Assembly: GCA_002189035.1 (NCBI GenBank)
Contig: NEEC01000019.1
Span: forward strand, 434,001-498,000
DNA from: Utricularia gibba
Lineage: Eukaryota; Plantae; Magnoliophyta
Direction of reading: 5' to 3'
Length of the DNA: 64,000 bases
A program made the position numbers and the translations under genes. This document shows, in pieces, positions 26,230-40,077 of this stretch. The notes beneath the pieces are model-generated. The model saw only the letters and a list, made by a program, of their open reading frames with translations, made no database searches and was not told where the DNA came from. The number at the start of each line of letters is the position of its first letter. Positions within the stretch are counted from its first letter, which is position 1.

Positions 26230-29200
26230 TTGATGCATTTACGTTCTTCTGGTGGAGGTAATCTCACTTTTCTCCCAGAAATTGAGAGAGCTATCAGCAA
26301 GAATAGGGTTAGAGTTAGGGAAATAAGTAGATTGAGGCAGCTCCCACGCAAGACTAACAACAATTTCAGAATGGCTGAACCTGAGAAGACCTTGAACGAA
26401 TTGGATGCTGTTGATCATACTTACAGGGGTCTGTGCATCAGATTTCCAGAGGATGGAGCAAACGACCTGAAACCATCTATGATCAATTTTTTGTCCAAGT
26501 TCTATGGAAAAATTGGAGAAAATCCCCATGAGCATCTTGACAATGTAACAGCGGTATGCACATCATTCAAGGGAGCTGGAATGACTGAAGATTCCATTTG
26601 TTTGAGAGCCTTCCAAATTTACTTTGGAAGGAGGAGCCAAAATGTGGTTCAACTCACTAAGGCCTGGAAGCATAACTGATTGGGCTGGAATGAAGAAAGT
26701 GTTTTTGAGCAAGTATTTTCCAGCTTCCAAGGCTGAAGGTATTAGAAAAGAAATCAGTAATGTTGAACAAATGAGTGGAGAATCATTGCACGAATATTGA
26801 GAGAGATTTAATCATCTTTTGGGCTCCTGCCCACACCATGGTTTTCAAACCAATGCTTTGGTCAAATATTTGTATGATGGATTGTTATGCATTGACTGAG
26901 CCATGGTAGATTCGGCGGCGGGAGGATTTTTAAGGAAAAAGACACCAACCGAAGCTCTTTCCTTACTTGAGGAGTTGGCTGAGCATTTGAGACATATCAT
27001 TAGGAAGCAAGCCTCAAACAAGAGGGTGTATGAAGTGGAGAGTAAGCGCAGGATTTCAGAGACTAAACTCACGAAAAATGTTGCTGCTATGTCAGAAATG
27101 ATGAAGGAGTTGTTCTTATTCTAAGCTAAGAACATGCTGTGCGGAAACTGTCACAGAATAGGGCATGTTGCGGAAAAATGCCCAGATTTATTTGAAGAGG
27201 AGCATGTCAAGGCTATGGGATATTTGGAGCCCAAGAGGAGGAAGAAATATGATCCATATTCAAATACTTACAACTTAGGCTGGAGGGATCATTAAAATTT
27301 TCATTGGAGCAACAACGAAACTTTTTATAAAGGAGAAAGCTCAACCATGGGGCAACAAAAATTTCAGGAGCAAAGATCTTATCAGACGCCTCCATTTCGA
27401 AGGCAAAACTAACCGAACCAGCAACCATTTCAAGCCTTAAATCAAGGCAATGCTCAAGAATCAAGCTGAAAATCAACAAGCAATTCAGAATTCGGAGGTT
27501 CAAGTGAGTCAGTTAGCAGCAGAGCTTGGGGACTTGAAACAGAAAGGGAGTTCACCATCTCAACCCAAGTCAAACCCAAATTCCAGTGGAGGGCCGAACA
27601 TCAGTGCCATGACACTTAGGAGTGGAAAAGAGAAACCTGGACGAGAATTAGTCCAGCCTGAGACTAAGGAGAATGAAACAGTGGAGTATGAAGTTGTTGT
27701 ACAGAGTGAGGACAAAGTTGAAGTACTTCTAGAACCTGTCATGGTGAAGGTTACCCAGCCTCCTTTTCCAAGAAGGCTGAAGCTGAAAGATGAGCAAACC
27801 GAGAAGGAGAAAATGTTGAAAGCATTGGGAAACACTCAATTGAATTTAACTATTTTGAAATATGTTGATCTTGTTCCCAAGAGTGTTAAATATTTGAAGC
27901 AGTTGTGCATGTCTAAACCCAAGTTGAAAGAGAAAGGGAAGGTGAAATTGAGTGAAAGCTGCTCAGCACTTCTCACATGGAAACTACCCGAGAAGCGTAA
28001 GGATCCGGGTACATTTTTTATCCCTTGCAAAATAGGAGATTTGTGCATCAGGAGAGCTATGGCAGACCTAGGAGCTTCTATAAATGTCAAGTCGAATTCT
28101 GTTTATGAGGCACTTAGGTTGGGACCTTTACAAGCATCAGGTGTACAAATTGAGCTAGTGGATAGGAGAGTGATTTCTCCCAAAGGCTTGGTTGAGGATG
28201 TTTTGGTGAAGATTGAGCATCTTATATTCCCAGCTGATTTTTATGTGGTTAATATGCCCACTGGAGGATCAAAGGACACGATGATTATCTTGGGCAGACC
28301 ATTCTTGAGCACTTCTAATGCTATTATCAACGTAAAAATGAGAACCATTGAGCTTTCTTTTGATGAAGATAAAATCACACTGGACATGAAGGATGTCAAG
28401 AATTATCCAAGTGATTTTGAGAGCATTTGTGCTATGGACTTCATGAATGGACTCATTGAGGAGCACTTGAAGAAAGAAATTCAAGAAAAAGAAGAGGCTC
28501 ATGAAGAATCCTTATTTGCAAAATTTGAAGCTGAAGAAAAATTTGAGCAATTAAATATGGTGCAAGCCAAGACTCGGGAAGAGAGGTTAGCTGAATTGAA
28601 ACCGTTGCCTAATCATTTAAAATATATTTTTCTTGACGCAAAGTTCAGAAACCCTGTTATCATCTCCACTGGTCTATGCTCAGACCAAGAGGCACAATTG
28701 CTCGAAGTCCTTAACAGAAACAAGAAGGCAATAGGTTGGACGCTTGATGACATTGAGGGGATCTACCCATCCATATGCATGCACAGAATATTTCTAGAGG
28801 ATGGTGCAAAACCAGTTCGTCAACCTCAAAGACGCCTCAACCCTAACATGATGGAGGTGGTAAGAAAAGAAATTGTTGAACTTCATGATGCAGGGATTAT
28901 TTACTCTATCACAGATAGTGAATGGGTGAGCCTCATTCATGTGGTGCCAAAGAAGACAGAGATGACTTTAGTGGAGAATGAGAAAGGTGAGCTTGTTCCA
29001 CAAAGGGTGCAAAATGGATGGTGGGTTTTCATTGATCAGATGTTGGAAAAATTGGCTGGAAAATCATTTTATTGTTTTTTGGATGGATATTCTGAATATA
29101 ATTAGGTTCCTATTTCAGTACAGGACCAAGATAAGACAACCTTCACGTGTCTATTTGGAACTTATGCTTATAGGAGGATGCCTTTCGGATTGTGTAACGC

Positions 29201-31225
29201 CCCAGCCATATTTCAAAGGTGTATGACTACTATTTTCTCCAACTTTGGTGATGATTTTATTGAAATATTTATGGATGATTTTACAGTATATGGAGAAAAT
29301 TTTGAGTCATGCTTAAACCATTTAGATCAGGTTTTGAAGAAATGTGTGAAAAATAACTTGGTTTTGAATTATGAAAAATGCCATTTTATGATGGATCATG
29401 AAATTGTTTTAGGGTCTGTCATTTCTAAAAAGGGAAGTGAGGTAGATAAGACAAAAATTTAGATTATGTCTGAGCTTCCTTATCCTATTGATGTGAAAGG
29501 TATTAGATCATTTTTAGGACATGTTGGTTTTTATAGGAGGTTCATTAAGAATTTTTCGAAAATTGCCTTGCCTCTTAGTAGATTGTTACATAATGATGTT
29601 GCCTTTGATTTTGATGATTCATGTAAACATGCTTTTAATTCTTTAAAAAAGTCTGTTACTTCTGCACTTGTGATGCAACCACCTGATTGGAAATATGATT
29701 TTGAGATCATGTGTGATGCAAGTAATCATGTTGTGGGTGCTATTTTGGGACAGAAAACTAAAGGGAAGCACCATGTTATTTCTTATGCTTCGAAAACCTT
29801 AGATGAGGCCCAAAAAAATTATACCATCACTGAAAGGAAATTTCTTGCAGTTATTTTTGCCTTGAAAAAAATTTCGTTCTTATCATTTGGCGGTAAAGCA
29901 CTTGATGGAGAAGGACTCCAAACCGAGACTTATTAGATGGGTCCTTCTTGTTTAAGAGTTTGATGATGAGATAAAGGACAGACCTGGAAGGGAGAACCTT
30001 GTGGCTGATCATCTCTGAAACATTTTCGGATGAACAGCTATTCTCAATTCGGACAAGTATACATGAACCGTGGTTTATTGATCTTGCAAACTTTGTTTCA
30101 ACAGGGGTGATGGATTCTTGTTATGTAGGACCTTATAGTGGCCATCATGGACCAAATAGAACAGCTAGAAAAATTCTAGACTGCGGATTTTATTGGCCAC
30201 ATATTTTCAGAGATTGCTACGCTTATTGCAAAGGTTGTGAACTATGCCAAAGGGTAGGAAATTTATCAAACATAAACGAAATGCCCCAGCAAGGAATCTT
30301 GGTATGTGAATTATTTGATGTATGGGGTATAGATTTTATTGGACCGTTTCATACTTCAGCAGGTTACAATTACATTTTGGTTGCGGTTGATTATCTGTGC
30401 AAATGGATTGAGGCAATCCCTACACGGAGTGATGATGCGAAGATTGTGATTAATTTCTTGCGCAACAACATCTTCACGAGATATGGAACTCCTAAGGCCC
30501 TGATTAGTGATAGGGGAACACATTTTTACAATCAGGCCTTAAGGAGTGTTTTGAAGCATTTCAATGTTTGGTACAAGCCTTCTACCATGTACAATCCACA
30601 AATCAATGGACAAACTGAAGTCTCCAACAGGGAAATCAAACAAATTTTGGAGAAAGTTGTGAACCCAAGCAGGAAAGATTGGAGCATGAGGTTAAAGAAT
30701 GCACTTTGGGCTATACGGATAGCATGCAAGACACCCATTGGGACCTCACTCTTTCGGTTGGTCTATGGGAAACCTTGTAGATTACCAGCAACTCTTGAGC
30801 ACAAGGCTTGGTGGGCTGTGAAGAAGTTGAACTTGGACAGCAACCTTAGTGCAAGCCACAGGAAGCTCTAGCTTTCATAACTGGAGGAGTTGAGAAATGA
30901 TGCGTATAAGAGCCTAAAACTATTCAAGGCTCGGACTAAGAGTTATCATGACGTGCATATTTCCAAGAGAAATTTTGAGATTGGCCAGAAGGTTTTATTA
31001 TTTCAATCCAAGTTGAAATTGCATCCTGGAAAGCTGAAATCAAGATGGATAGGGCCTTTTGTTGTGAAAGAAATTTTTCCTAATGGTGCTGTGGAGATAT
31101 TTCATGGAGACTCAAACAAAGGATTTTTGGTAAATGGGCATCGCTTGAAATTTTTTTATGAAAATGCTAACATGATCACAGGAAATCTGGAGATGATCAA
31201 GCTGATGGATGCTCCAGAAACGTAG
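26230..31225 (+). pseudogene. Athila B gag-pol (gag, protease, RT, RNase H, integrase), broken by stops, frameshifts and deletions
   Basis: FLPEIERA...FYGKIGENPHEHL, protease RAMADLGASIN, RT MPFGLCNAPAIFQRCM...FMDDF, RNase H CDASNHVVGAILGQ, integrase LFDVWGIDF...ISDRG...GQTEVSNREIK and GPF-like KSRWIGPF...VNGHRLK. Confidence 0.95.
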
Positions 31226-31567
31226 CCATATGAGAAGTCGGGTCCAAGACTATAAACAAGGTCGCTTGTGGGAGGCAACCTATGATTAAGTTTTTAATTT
31301 CAGCATTTTAATTTCTAGTTTAATGTTTTTATTTTAGGAATTTTATCCGTATTTAGCGCTGCTGGGAAATTATTTTAGTGTTAAGAGGAGTTATTGATGG
31401 GGAGTTACGAAAATCAGACCGTTGAGATGAGTGGGAAGTTGTACCGGAGGGGAATGACAGAAATGCCCCTGCTGCTTGAAAGTACTTGGAAGGACCATTA
31501 CTATTTTTCTTCACTTCACCCATTTGTTTGCGATTTGTTTGCGAAAAATTTCAGCTGTAGAAACACG

Positions 31568-33436
31568 ATGCTGGCGACACGAAGCACAAAGAAGGCCACA
31601 AAGGAAAAATCTGGCCGGAAAAAGATGCAAAAGGAGCAAGTGATGGAAGAAACAGGGGATGCTGGAGCAACCACCACTGTTGCTCCGACTCAGGAAGAAG
31701 TGGTTCAGCCTACTGCTGCCACAATAGAGAATCCTCAAGAAGTAGGCGTGATCCCTTAGACAGTGGAGGTTGGAGAGCCCTCTACACGGACAAAGCGGAA
31801 AGACCCAGCCATCAAATTGGAACACACCAGTCTGCAGCAACGATTGAAGGATATGCAAGCAACTTACAAAAAGAGAAAAGCTCCAGTGGAAGAACCACAA
31901 ATAGAGCCGCAGGTCTCGCCTAAGAAGAAGGGGAAGCAACATGGAAAGAAAAAGCAGAAGGAACCACTGGTGGAATCTGCGCCTGAGAAGGAATCTGTTG
32001 CACCCAAAAAACAAGTGCTGCCCGCCGTGGAGGAAAATGTGAAAATTTCCAGAAATGAAGAAGTGGCAGCAGAGGAAGAGCCTGAGGCTGGAAATGAAAT
32101 TCAAGAAGAGAAAAATCAAGAGGAGGCTCGAGATAAAAATGAAACTGGACATGCATAGGAAACAGACGAACAGGGTGTGCAGCCACTAGTCCGAGGTTAG
32201 AAAGAACAGGGAAATCCACCTGCAGAAACTGCTGCGAGCACAACCGAAGAGGAGCAAGGATAGATGGAGAAGGTAAAGAAATTCCACCCAAAATTAGTCC
32301 CTATGTTCATGAATGCAGGGATATTTGTAGTGGAAAGGGAGCGGTTCCAAAGACAAATGACCGAAAAGGGAATCCCTTACTTCAAGCACCATGCGGACAT
32401 GTTGAGTGAAAAGTACCCGAAGTTCGAAATAACAGAACATATGGATCGGTATGGAGAGGTAAAAGGTGCTAAGGTATTACCTTGCCGTCATATTGATTTC
32501 GAAATTCTTGTTGAGTTGAACATAGTAGATAAGGTTTACACCATGTTTGAGAATTCTGCCTTTATGATTTTATTTGAGTTAAAACTTCCTGCATATGTGG
32601 AACTATCATATGAATTTGCCTCCACTTTTACCTATAAAATTCCAGAAACTGTTTTGAAGCCTGCTGCTATTTGCTTTCATTTGATGGGCACTCAATTTTC
32701 ATTTTCATTGGCTGAGTGGAATGTTGCCCTTGGTTTTTGCTCGAAAAAACAAGTAGATTTTGCTGCTTCTTTATTCGATTATCCAGCAGACTTTGATGTT
32801 GAAGAATTTTATGGGATTTTAACTGATCAGCATGTCATTGAATTTAAGGCAAAGGGAACGAAACCTGAATTGTTTGTTGATCCGTTCATGCGTTATGTTC
32901 ATATGTTAGTCACTACAACTCTTTTCGGAAAAAGTGTTGGGTTTAATGCTCTATACAAACGTGAGTTATTTGTGTTTTGGTGCATTATGAATAAGCGATC
33001 TCTGAACTTTGGTGCAATACTTGCTGAACAAATGAATAGGGATTTTAGGCGCACGAAAATTCAGCATTTGAGTTTCGGTCATATTGTTACGCATCTTGTT
33101 CATACTCTTTGCCCAGAAAAACTGTCTGAACTTGAATTTTTCCATGTTGAGACTAAGGTAGTGCCCTTGGATGCATATTCTCTAAAAGTTGTTGGACTAA
33201 TCAAAGCCCAAGGAAGTGAGTTTGTTTTCAGATCTTTGACAGGGCTAGAAGGAAACGTTATGTCAAGGAAGAAGAAGGGAGACACTGCTGCTCCATCAAC
33301 CTCAACTCCAGCACAAGGAGAGAAACTTTGCTACTGCCCAGAAATGTTGGAGGTGATGAGCGACAAAATTTCAGATTTAATTCGGGTGATCACAGAGTTA
33401 AAACAGGGAGTGGCCGATGCCTCCCTAAACAAGTAA
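31568..33436 (+). pseudogene. Athila B env-like second ORF (two premature stops)
   Basis: After pol: a Lys/Glu-rich N-terminal region, then 390 aa with LPAYVELSYEFASTF...ICFHLMG...SLAEWNVALGF...LNFGAILA...FGHIVTHL, the conserved Athila env-like block. Confidence 0.85.
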
Positions 33437-34185
33437 TCTGCTACTAGAACGATTTAGTATAGTAGGTTTTTATTTTTGTTTTGTTTTATTTTCATGTTTA
33501 GGATCCTGTTTATGTCAAGGAATGGTATCTATTAGTCTATGTCTAGACTTAGAGTCGTGTTTACCATAGGTTTTGTTTAGTAGCAGTAAACTGTTTCCGA
33601 TGGCTAAGTGATTGAACATTACAGCTGCTAGATGTATTCTGTTGAATGAGCTTTGTGAACCTTTCTGATAGCTGTGAACATTTTATGAGAGCATGTGTAT
33701 GACTAGAGGAATCTAAGGAATAAAATCTAGATTGTTTTTTTTTATGAATTTTTGAACTTCATGGTCATTGCGGAACAGATTGCCAACCATGAAAAAAAAA
33801 GAAGAGAGGTGAATAAAGGGTCGAAGAAAAAAAAAATTGAGACCCAAGTCCTAAAAAGCAGCACATATTAAAAGAGCATGTGCGAACTCATTAAGTAGTG
33901 AAAGGGTGAGCGGGGATAGACTAATCCGGAGGAGTATGAAGGAGCCTGGTGTTATAAGGTGTGAGTGCTTGGGCAACACTCTGATATGGTAAAGGCATTG
34001 ACTATGTACCCAGATTAGTTTGGAACAAGCTGCCCCTTCACTACCCAAAAAAATAAGAAAAAAATGAAGAGAAAAAAATGGGTTGGCAACGGTGGTCTTA
34101 GGTGACCTTGGAAAGATCGATTCTATAAGGTATGATCTTCGAAAACACATAAATCATGCTTGCTGGATTATGTATGAAGTCGCCC

Positions 34186-37100
34186 AAATTCCTCCACACT
34201 TAAATCATGCTTGTCCTCAAGTATGAAAATTATAGCAGTCTATGAAAAAGGTAGAACCTAAGTCATGATGCATTACTAAGGTACATTCATCCTACAGCAG
34301 GCGTTTACTCCAATTCTTTTTCTATCCTTCAATCAAATTAAGGCAAGCCACTCAAGTTCACATGCATCAGAATAAGACTTAACCAATGACTAATTATTCA
34401 CTAACATCATGAAGGAAAAAACAGCAAAGAACATACACTATAGTGACTCAAGACCTTTTCTCTTTTTTTTTTTTTTCAGATAGAGGTCCCCGCTTTGGGG
34501 AAGAATGCTTGGATTACAAAACCTTATGTGTGGTGTTAACCACGGTTTCGCCAAACATCCTTACCTTTAGCACCCCTTGTATTTTTTTCTCTTTTTTTTT
34601 TTTTTCTCGGTCTGGTCACTATAGGAGCAGCAAAAATTTATTCACAAACTGATATTTACAAGGAGTGAGAATATTTTCATAGTCATGGTATGACCTTTCC
34701 TAAATCATGCAGCAAAACCTTGATATCTAGAAAGAAAAATAATTGAAGTATTTTTCTTGCAGCAAGGAATTCATGAACCTAAGCATGATCAATCCTAAAA
34801 ATTCTAGCTTTATTCATGGAAGCAAATGTACTTGAGGAGCATAGTGGGGATTTTTCAAAAACAAAAGAAAAACAAAACATGATGCATAAAAAAATTTCAA
34901 CACAATTTAACACATAAGTCCTAATGCTTAGAAGATACTAGAAAATAAAAAGAAATATAAACTCCTCCCCCACACTTAATTTTGAGGATGTCCTCATCAT
35001 CAAGTGCAGCGGAGGGTACCTTAGTCATGGGGCATGCCGGAGTGTGAAGCAGTAGCCATCAGAGTGTTCAGTTTCGTGGAAAGTGCAAAAACCTATTCCT
35101 GGAGACTTTGAATAGTTAGGGTGTGTTTGGTGGGGCTTGAAGGTGCAGTGCTGAGAGGAACGTCTGTTGGCGCACCATATGGATTCACAATGGAGGGGGG
35201 CATAGAAGTGGTGGTACTCTTGGTACCCGCTTGAACAAAAACGGCCTTCCCCTCAACCTCATTCAGGTAGCTGCAAGAAAATCTAGATAACGGAAATGAT
35301 TATCTAATTGAGGGGTCTATTTTTCCAGGTTCACTTTCAAGTGTTGGGCGAGCTTGGTGATGAGAGAAGCGAATGGGAGCACTCTTTCATTTTAAGCGGT
35401 GATGGAGTGCATTTGGGTTGCAATCCACCATCCCAAATTGATGGGGAGCTTCTTCATCATCGCCCATAGGAAGAATACAATGACCTTGGCAATGATGTTG
35501 GTGCCTTGTCAGGTTGCGCTGTAACAGCCTCCCAAGCACTTGTTCAAAACTAAAAGAGCAGGGGCCCTCAAGTAATGGGCCTTGAGTTTGCGTACAGAAA
35601 ATGGGGGCTCACAGACAGACATGGAAGCATAGGCATTCAACACATTGAAATGTTCAGGATAATTACAAAATGCTTGGAGGTAACGAGTAGTGGCTAAATC
35701 AGATTCAGAAACAAAGCCTAAAGCCACATTAAAATCATTGATAGACATACAAAAATTTTTGCTTCAAAGGCGGAAAGAAATCAAATTTTCAGCAAGGGGA
35801 TTTCCAGCCACATCCTCAAACACAAAAGTAGTGTAAAATTCAAACACAAGTTTGGGATAAACAGGAAGACTAATTTCAGAAAATTTGCGCCACTCAGGAG
35901 AAGCATCAAATAAACGATTAATATCAGCAAGTCGAGTCAGATGCACCAAAGTAGGCATGTGCAATTTAAAATCAAACAAAATTCGGCGCGAGGTCAAGAG
36001 ATTAAATAGGAGTTGAGCATTCTTATCTGAAAATTTCACAGTGTTTTTCAGCTGAGTCCAAGCAGGGGACTCCAATGCTCGTCTCGCCAGAATTTTGTGC
36101 GACCGTGCTGTCCTTTACCACGCTGTGTGGGCTGAGTGGCTTCATCTACATCCTGTTCTTCAGGGAGAAACTCTAGGCATGGCCCTTCATTAGCGGCACG
36201 CTCCATTTCAGAGATCCAGAGATCAACCTCTTCGTCGATGGTGGTCTCCTCAATGTCATCTTCGTCCTGTACTGGAGAAGGGGATGAGTGAATAATAGGA
36301 ATTTCTAGTATCTTACCCTTTCCTCCAACAATTTCTTCCGGTTGTGTGGGCTGCAGGCTCTCAGGAATAGAAATTGCTGTTGGGGAATTTGGCTCTGAGG
36401 GTTTCGGCTCGTCAACAGCAACATTAGCAGTAGCAGGGACTGGGTACCACTTCAGGTATAGCACCGGAGACACAATGGTGAGAGGCATGGCCTCAATCGG
36501 AATAGACTCCGTCGCAGCGCCTAGAGATGGCTCATGCTCAGTGGGATTAGAGGCTTCTACTGGGTTGTTGGTGCGGCGACGCTGGGTCCAGCAGTAGCAG
36601 GTTGGCGCTTCTGAAATGCTGCCTTTGCAGAACTTGCACTTCGGGTAACCGGAGCCGTGGGGCGTCCAGACATGGTGAGCAGAAAATTCAGAGAATCGGA
36701 GAATTTCAGGTGAGAGAAGGAGAGGAATTGAAATGCAAGTCACAACAGCGAAGTGGGGTAATGGTCAGTAAAATGGGAATTCCAAAAGATAAAAGGGAGA
36801 TTGAGTGTAGAAACGGTTAAGGGAGTAAGTGGTGGCGTGGGCGGTTAAAGTAAACTAACTTGGAGTAGTGGGTGATAAAAACGAGGAAAGAGTAACGGTT
36901 ACGAAATTAAAGTCATGGGTTGCCTCCCATGCAGCGCCAATTTACAGTCTTTGGCCAACTGTGACCCCTGTTAATGACCCTCGACTAGCAGTAAGCTGCA
37001 CACACTGTGCGGCTTAAACTTCTCAAAAAATGGCTTTAGTCGGTGTCCATTCACCTTAATGCTTTTCCCTGTCTCAAACGAATGAAAAATAACAGCACCA

Positions 37101-37640
37101 GAGGGAAAAACATTCACAACTTCATAGGGGCCAAGCCACTTAGAACACAATTTACTGGGAAAGAGTTTTAAAGTGGTATCAAACAAGAGAGCTTTTTGAC
37201 CAACTAAAAAGTGCTTCACATGACACTTACTGTCATGGAAGCGTTTTACCTTTTCCTTGTGCAGAAGCTGGTTGGTGTAAGCATTGTTTGCAGTGATTTC
37301 TTCTTTTAACGTCCTTAGTGCTGGGCCATGATTAGTGATCGGCAGTACTGGAAAAAATTGCAGATGCTGTTGCTCTTGTTCTCTGTGCATTGTGGGGACT
37401 CCAATAGGTGGTTTAACAGCCATTTCTTCGTCAGTGGATGAACCAAAAATTAATTCTCTCTTTTTGGCAGAAATGTTCGCTCAATCTCCGGATCTAAGGG
37501 GCACAAGATATCTCGGTACGATCTCAAGCTTCGGTGACCCTTTGGTGGAGTTGAATGCATAAAAACAGAGAAAAACAGCAACAAAACGGAAATAAAAGAA
37601 AAACAGGAAGTTACAATCATTGCTGATCAAGTAACATTGC
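34186..37640 (-). mobile_element. Inverted, LTR-less fragment of a second Athila family (D): gag-start/integrase-end fusion, env-like ORF, 3' UTR and PPT
   Basis: Minus strand: PLDPEIERT gag start (~37500); ORF 37423-36971 ending KWLGPYEVV...KVNGHRLKPF; env-like LPVYPKLVFEFYTTF...ISFRL...SINDFNVALGF...LPFASLITKL (36743-~35040); terminal TTGAGGACAAGCATGATTTAAGTGTGGAGGAATT. Confidence 0.85.
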
Positions 37641-39678
37641 TGCCGCTGCTCTGGTTTTATTTTTTATTTTTATTTTTATGGCGTTAGTCTAAGTTATTAA
37701 TAATTTAGTAGATGGGTACTAGGATCAGGAGAATTTTGCACACTATTTGAGGAATTTTCATATGCATATGTAATGCTTTTCATGAAGTACAGGATGCATG
37801 AATGTTGCTTTAACCATTTGTACACTTGTGAGCTTGACTTTTCACCTGCTTATCTTCGTGAAGTAGCAGCATGTGTGATGGATTCTGATTTGTGCAGTCG
37901 AGATTTTTTTGTGCAAACTGACACATTTGGTTCTTTTTTTTTCATCTTATAGAAAGATGAAAAAAAAAAGAGAGGGGATCAGAAAAGCATCATCATAAGA
38001 AAAGTGATGAGATCCCATGTCTTGAAAAGCAACAAACAATTAAAAAGCGTGTGTAGACAACAGAGTAAAGAGCGAAGGGAGGTTACTAGATTGACTCAGA
38101 GGAGTAAGAAACCCTTAGGAGGAATAAGGAGAGGAGTGCTTAGCCCACACTCCATATACAAAGGAGGGGAGCGAAAATTGCCTGAGTTGAGCTTGGAACC
38201 TTCCCTACTCTTGATCTCTATACAAAATGAAAAAAGAAGTGAAGAGAGGAAGAAATGAAAAGAGACCACCAGTATCCCTTTAAAAGTCTAATTGTGCCAT
38301 GTTAGCTTATTTAATCTTTGAAGGTACTTATTTTGATGAAATTCACATGTAAGCTTGAGTGATTACCCATCTTGCACACTAGCACTCTTTAAATTCTTGC
38401 ATTCTGAATTTAAATGTTAAGTGTCTACATGGCTGTTTGGAAATCCCTCAATTGCTTACTTCCTGTTAGTCTTAGTTAGGACTTGAGGACAAGTCTAGTG
38501 TCGTTGTAGCATAATGTGATGAAACATATTTTTGAGTGATTGAGTAAATGGAAAAGATTCATATTGTACTATGAAAATCAAGTATTATTGTCTAGTTCCA
38601 TTTTTTTGTGCATAGTGTCGTAGTAGTGTTATTTTAGTCTTAGTTAGTACTAAATCTGCAATTTAGTCCTAACCTTCTAATAGTTTCCTTCGAGCAATGG
38701 AGCATAGGTCACAACACAAATCCCAAGGAGCTGAATATGCACAATATAGTGGCAGAAGATGAGTCTAAAAGTCTGAAAAGTAGTACACACAAAATCCAAG
38801 GAGGAAAAAGGGAGATTTTGGACAAAAGGGGGAAAGATGGAAAGAGAAGGCAGATCTCCCATTGGAGACTCACGACACATTTTTTGGAGAAGGTTTCTGG
38901 GGTAGAAGAAGAAGGGAAGGATGAACTAGAAGAACACAACTTCTCTTTAAAGATTTATTTTCGTCCTTGATGCATATTGTGCCTAGCTGAGACTAGTTTT
39001 AGATTTATTGTGTGAACAATTTGTCTTTTCTATTTCTGTTAGTTGTTGTTTAACTTTGAGACTAGAATGTTGCTTAGGATATGTTATGAAAATGTTCTCC
39101 TTCCTCTTGTTATGAGTGGCTAAGTGCTTAGGGGTACCTTGGGGTGAAAAGGAGAGATTTGTACTAGTCAATCTTTAGACTTAATCAATCATAAGTCACA
39201 CCACTTCCTTAACAAACCAGGATAGATCTAGGAGGGGGGAGTAGTGAAACCCAGCTTAACAACCCTAATTAGAGGTAGACTAAAGATTAAGGAGAAAACA
39301 AGAGTCTAGGTAGACCTAGACCTTGTGAGTTAGTTGTATGATTTATGGTTTGTGTGAGCATGTTTAGTGATAAGCATACACCCCCTAGGAATCCCAAGGC
39401 ATCACCTATTTCATTCCAGAAACAACCGAGCTCCAAAACTTATTACTTTTCTTTACTGTATTCTGTTGTAGTTCTGCCTTAGTCCTAGTTAAGATCAATT
39501 TTACCAACGTGACACTAATTTCATGCATTGACTTTCACATAGCAAGCACCTACTCTTCGTGTTCGACTCTAATCACTATGCTCATAATTGTTTTATGCTT
39601 GAATGTGTATTAGGTTGTAAATTTATTTGATAGGAGAAATTTGCAAATTAATGACTTGCACAAATTTTTCGTTTATCA
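37640..39678 (+). mobile_element. 3' UTR plus complete LTR (38517-39678) of a third Athila-type family (C), nested in the B 3' LTR
   Basis: TTGAGGACAAG end motif at ~38483, LTR TGATGAAAC...CGTTTATCA. Homologous to 60156-60600. B LTR sequence resumes immediately at 39679. Confidence 0.8.
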
Positions 39679-40072
39679 CTAGACTTAGGTTATTTGAAGT
39701 TGTGAGTGTAGGAACATGGTAGATTAAATTAGGAATTTTGGCACCACACCACATGTAGATCCTTAAAGCACCTTAGTATTATTGTGAGTCAAAACTAGTA
39801 TATGCTACCTTAGCGTTAAGACCTGAAATTGCTTACTGATCTTGTTTACCGAACTTGTTTACCACTGTGTCCGAGCTTAGACTAAGACTACCATTACTTT
39901 GAATTCTACATCTGTTGAAATACATGACAAGCACAAGTTCCTTGTGATTGACCCCAAATTCCACTGTACACTTTGTGTTTAATTTGTATTTTGTGAAGAT
40001 TAGGGACTATAAATTAATTTAATATGGAAATTTGGTTTTATTGCAACGACATGCTAAAATTTCCGTTTATCA
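39679..40072 (+). repeat. Remaining ~394 bp of the Athila B 3' LTR
   Basis: Aligns to ~25787-26180 with about 39 differences by manual count (~10%), many of them transitions. Confidence 0.92.
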
Positions 40073-40077
40073 AATGC

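Larger units (their letters stand above)
24793..40072 (+). mobile_element. Athila (Ty3/gypsy, env-like) element family B with internally rearranged 3' half, TSD AATGC, inserted in CRM gag
   Basis: AATGC at 24788-24792 and 40073-40077. Both ends have family-B LTR termini (TGATAGCAC... and ...CGTTTATCA). CRM gag sequence lies on both sides. Confidence 0.92.

Noticed and set aside
31511-32291. 213-aa and 123-aa minus-strand hydrophobic ORFs
   Set aside because: Antisense shadows of the GAA/AAG-rich env-like N-terminus.
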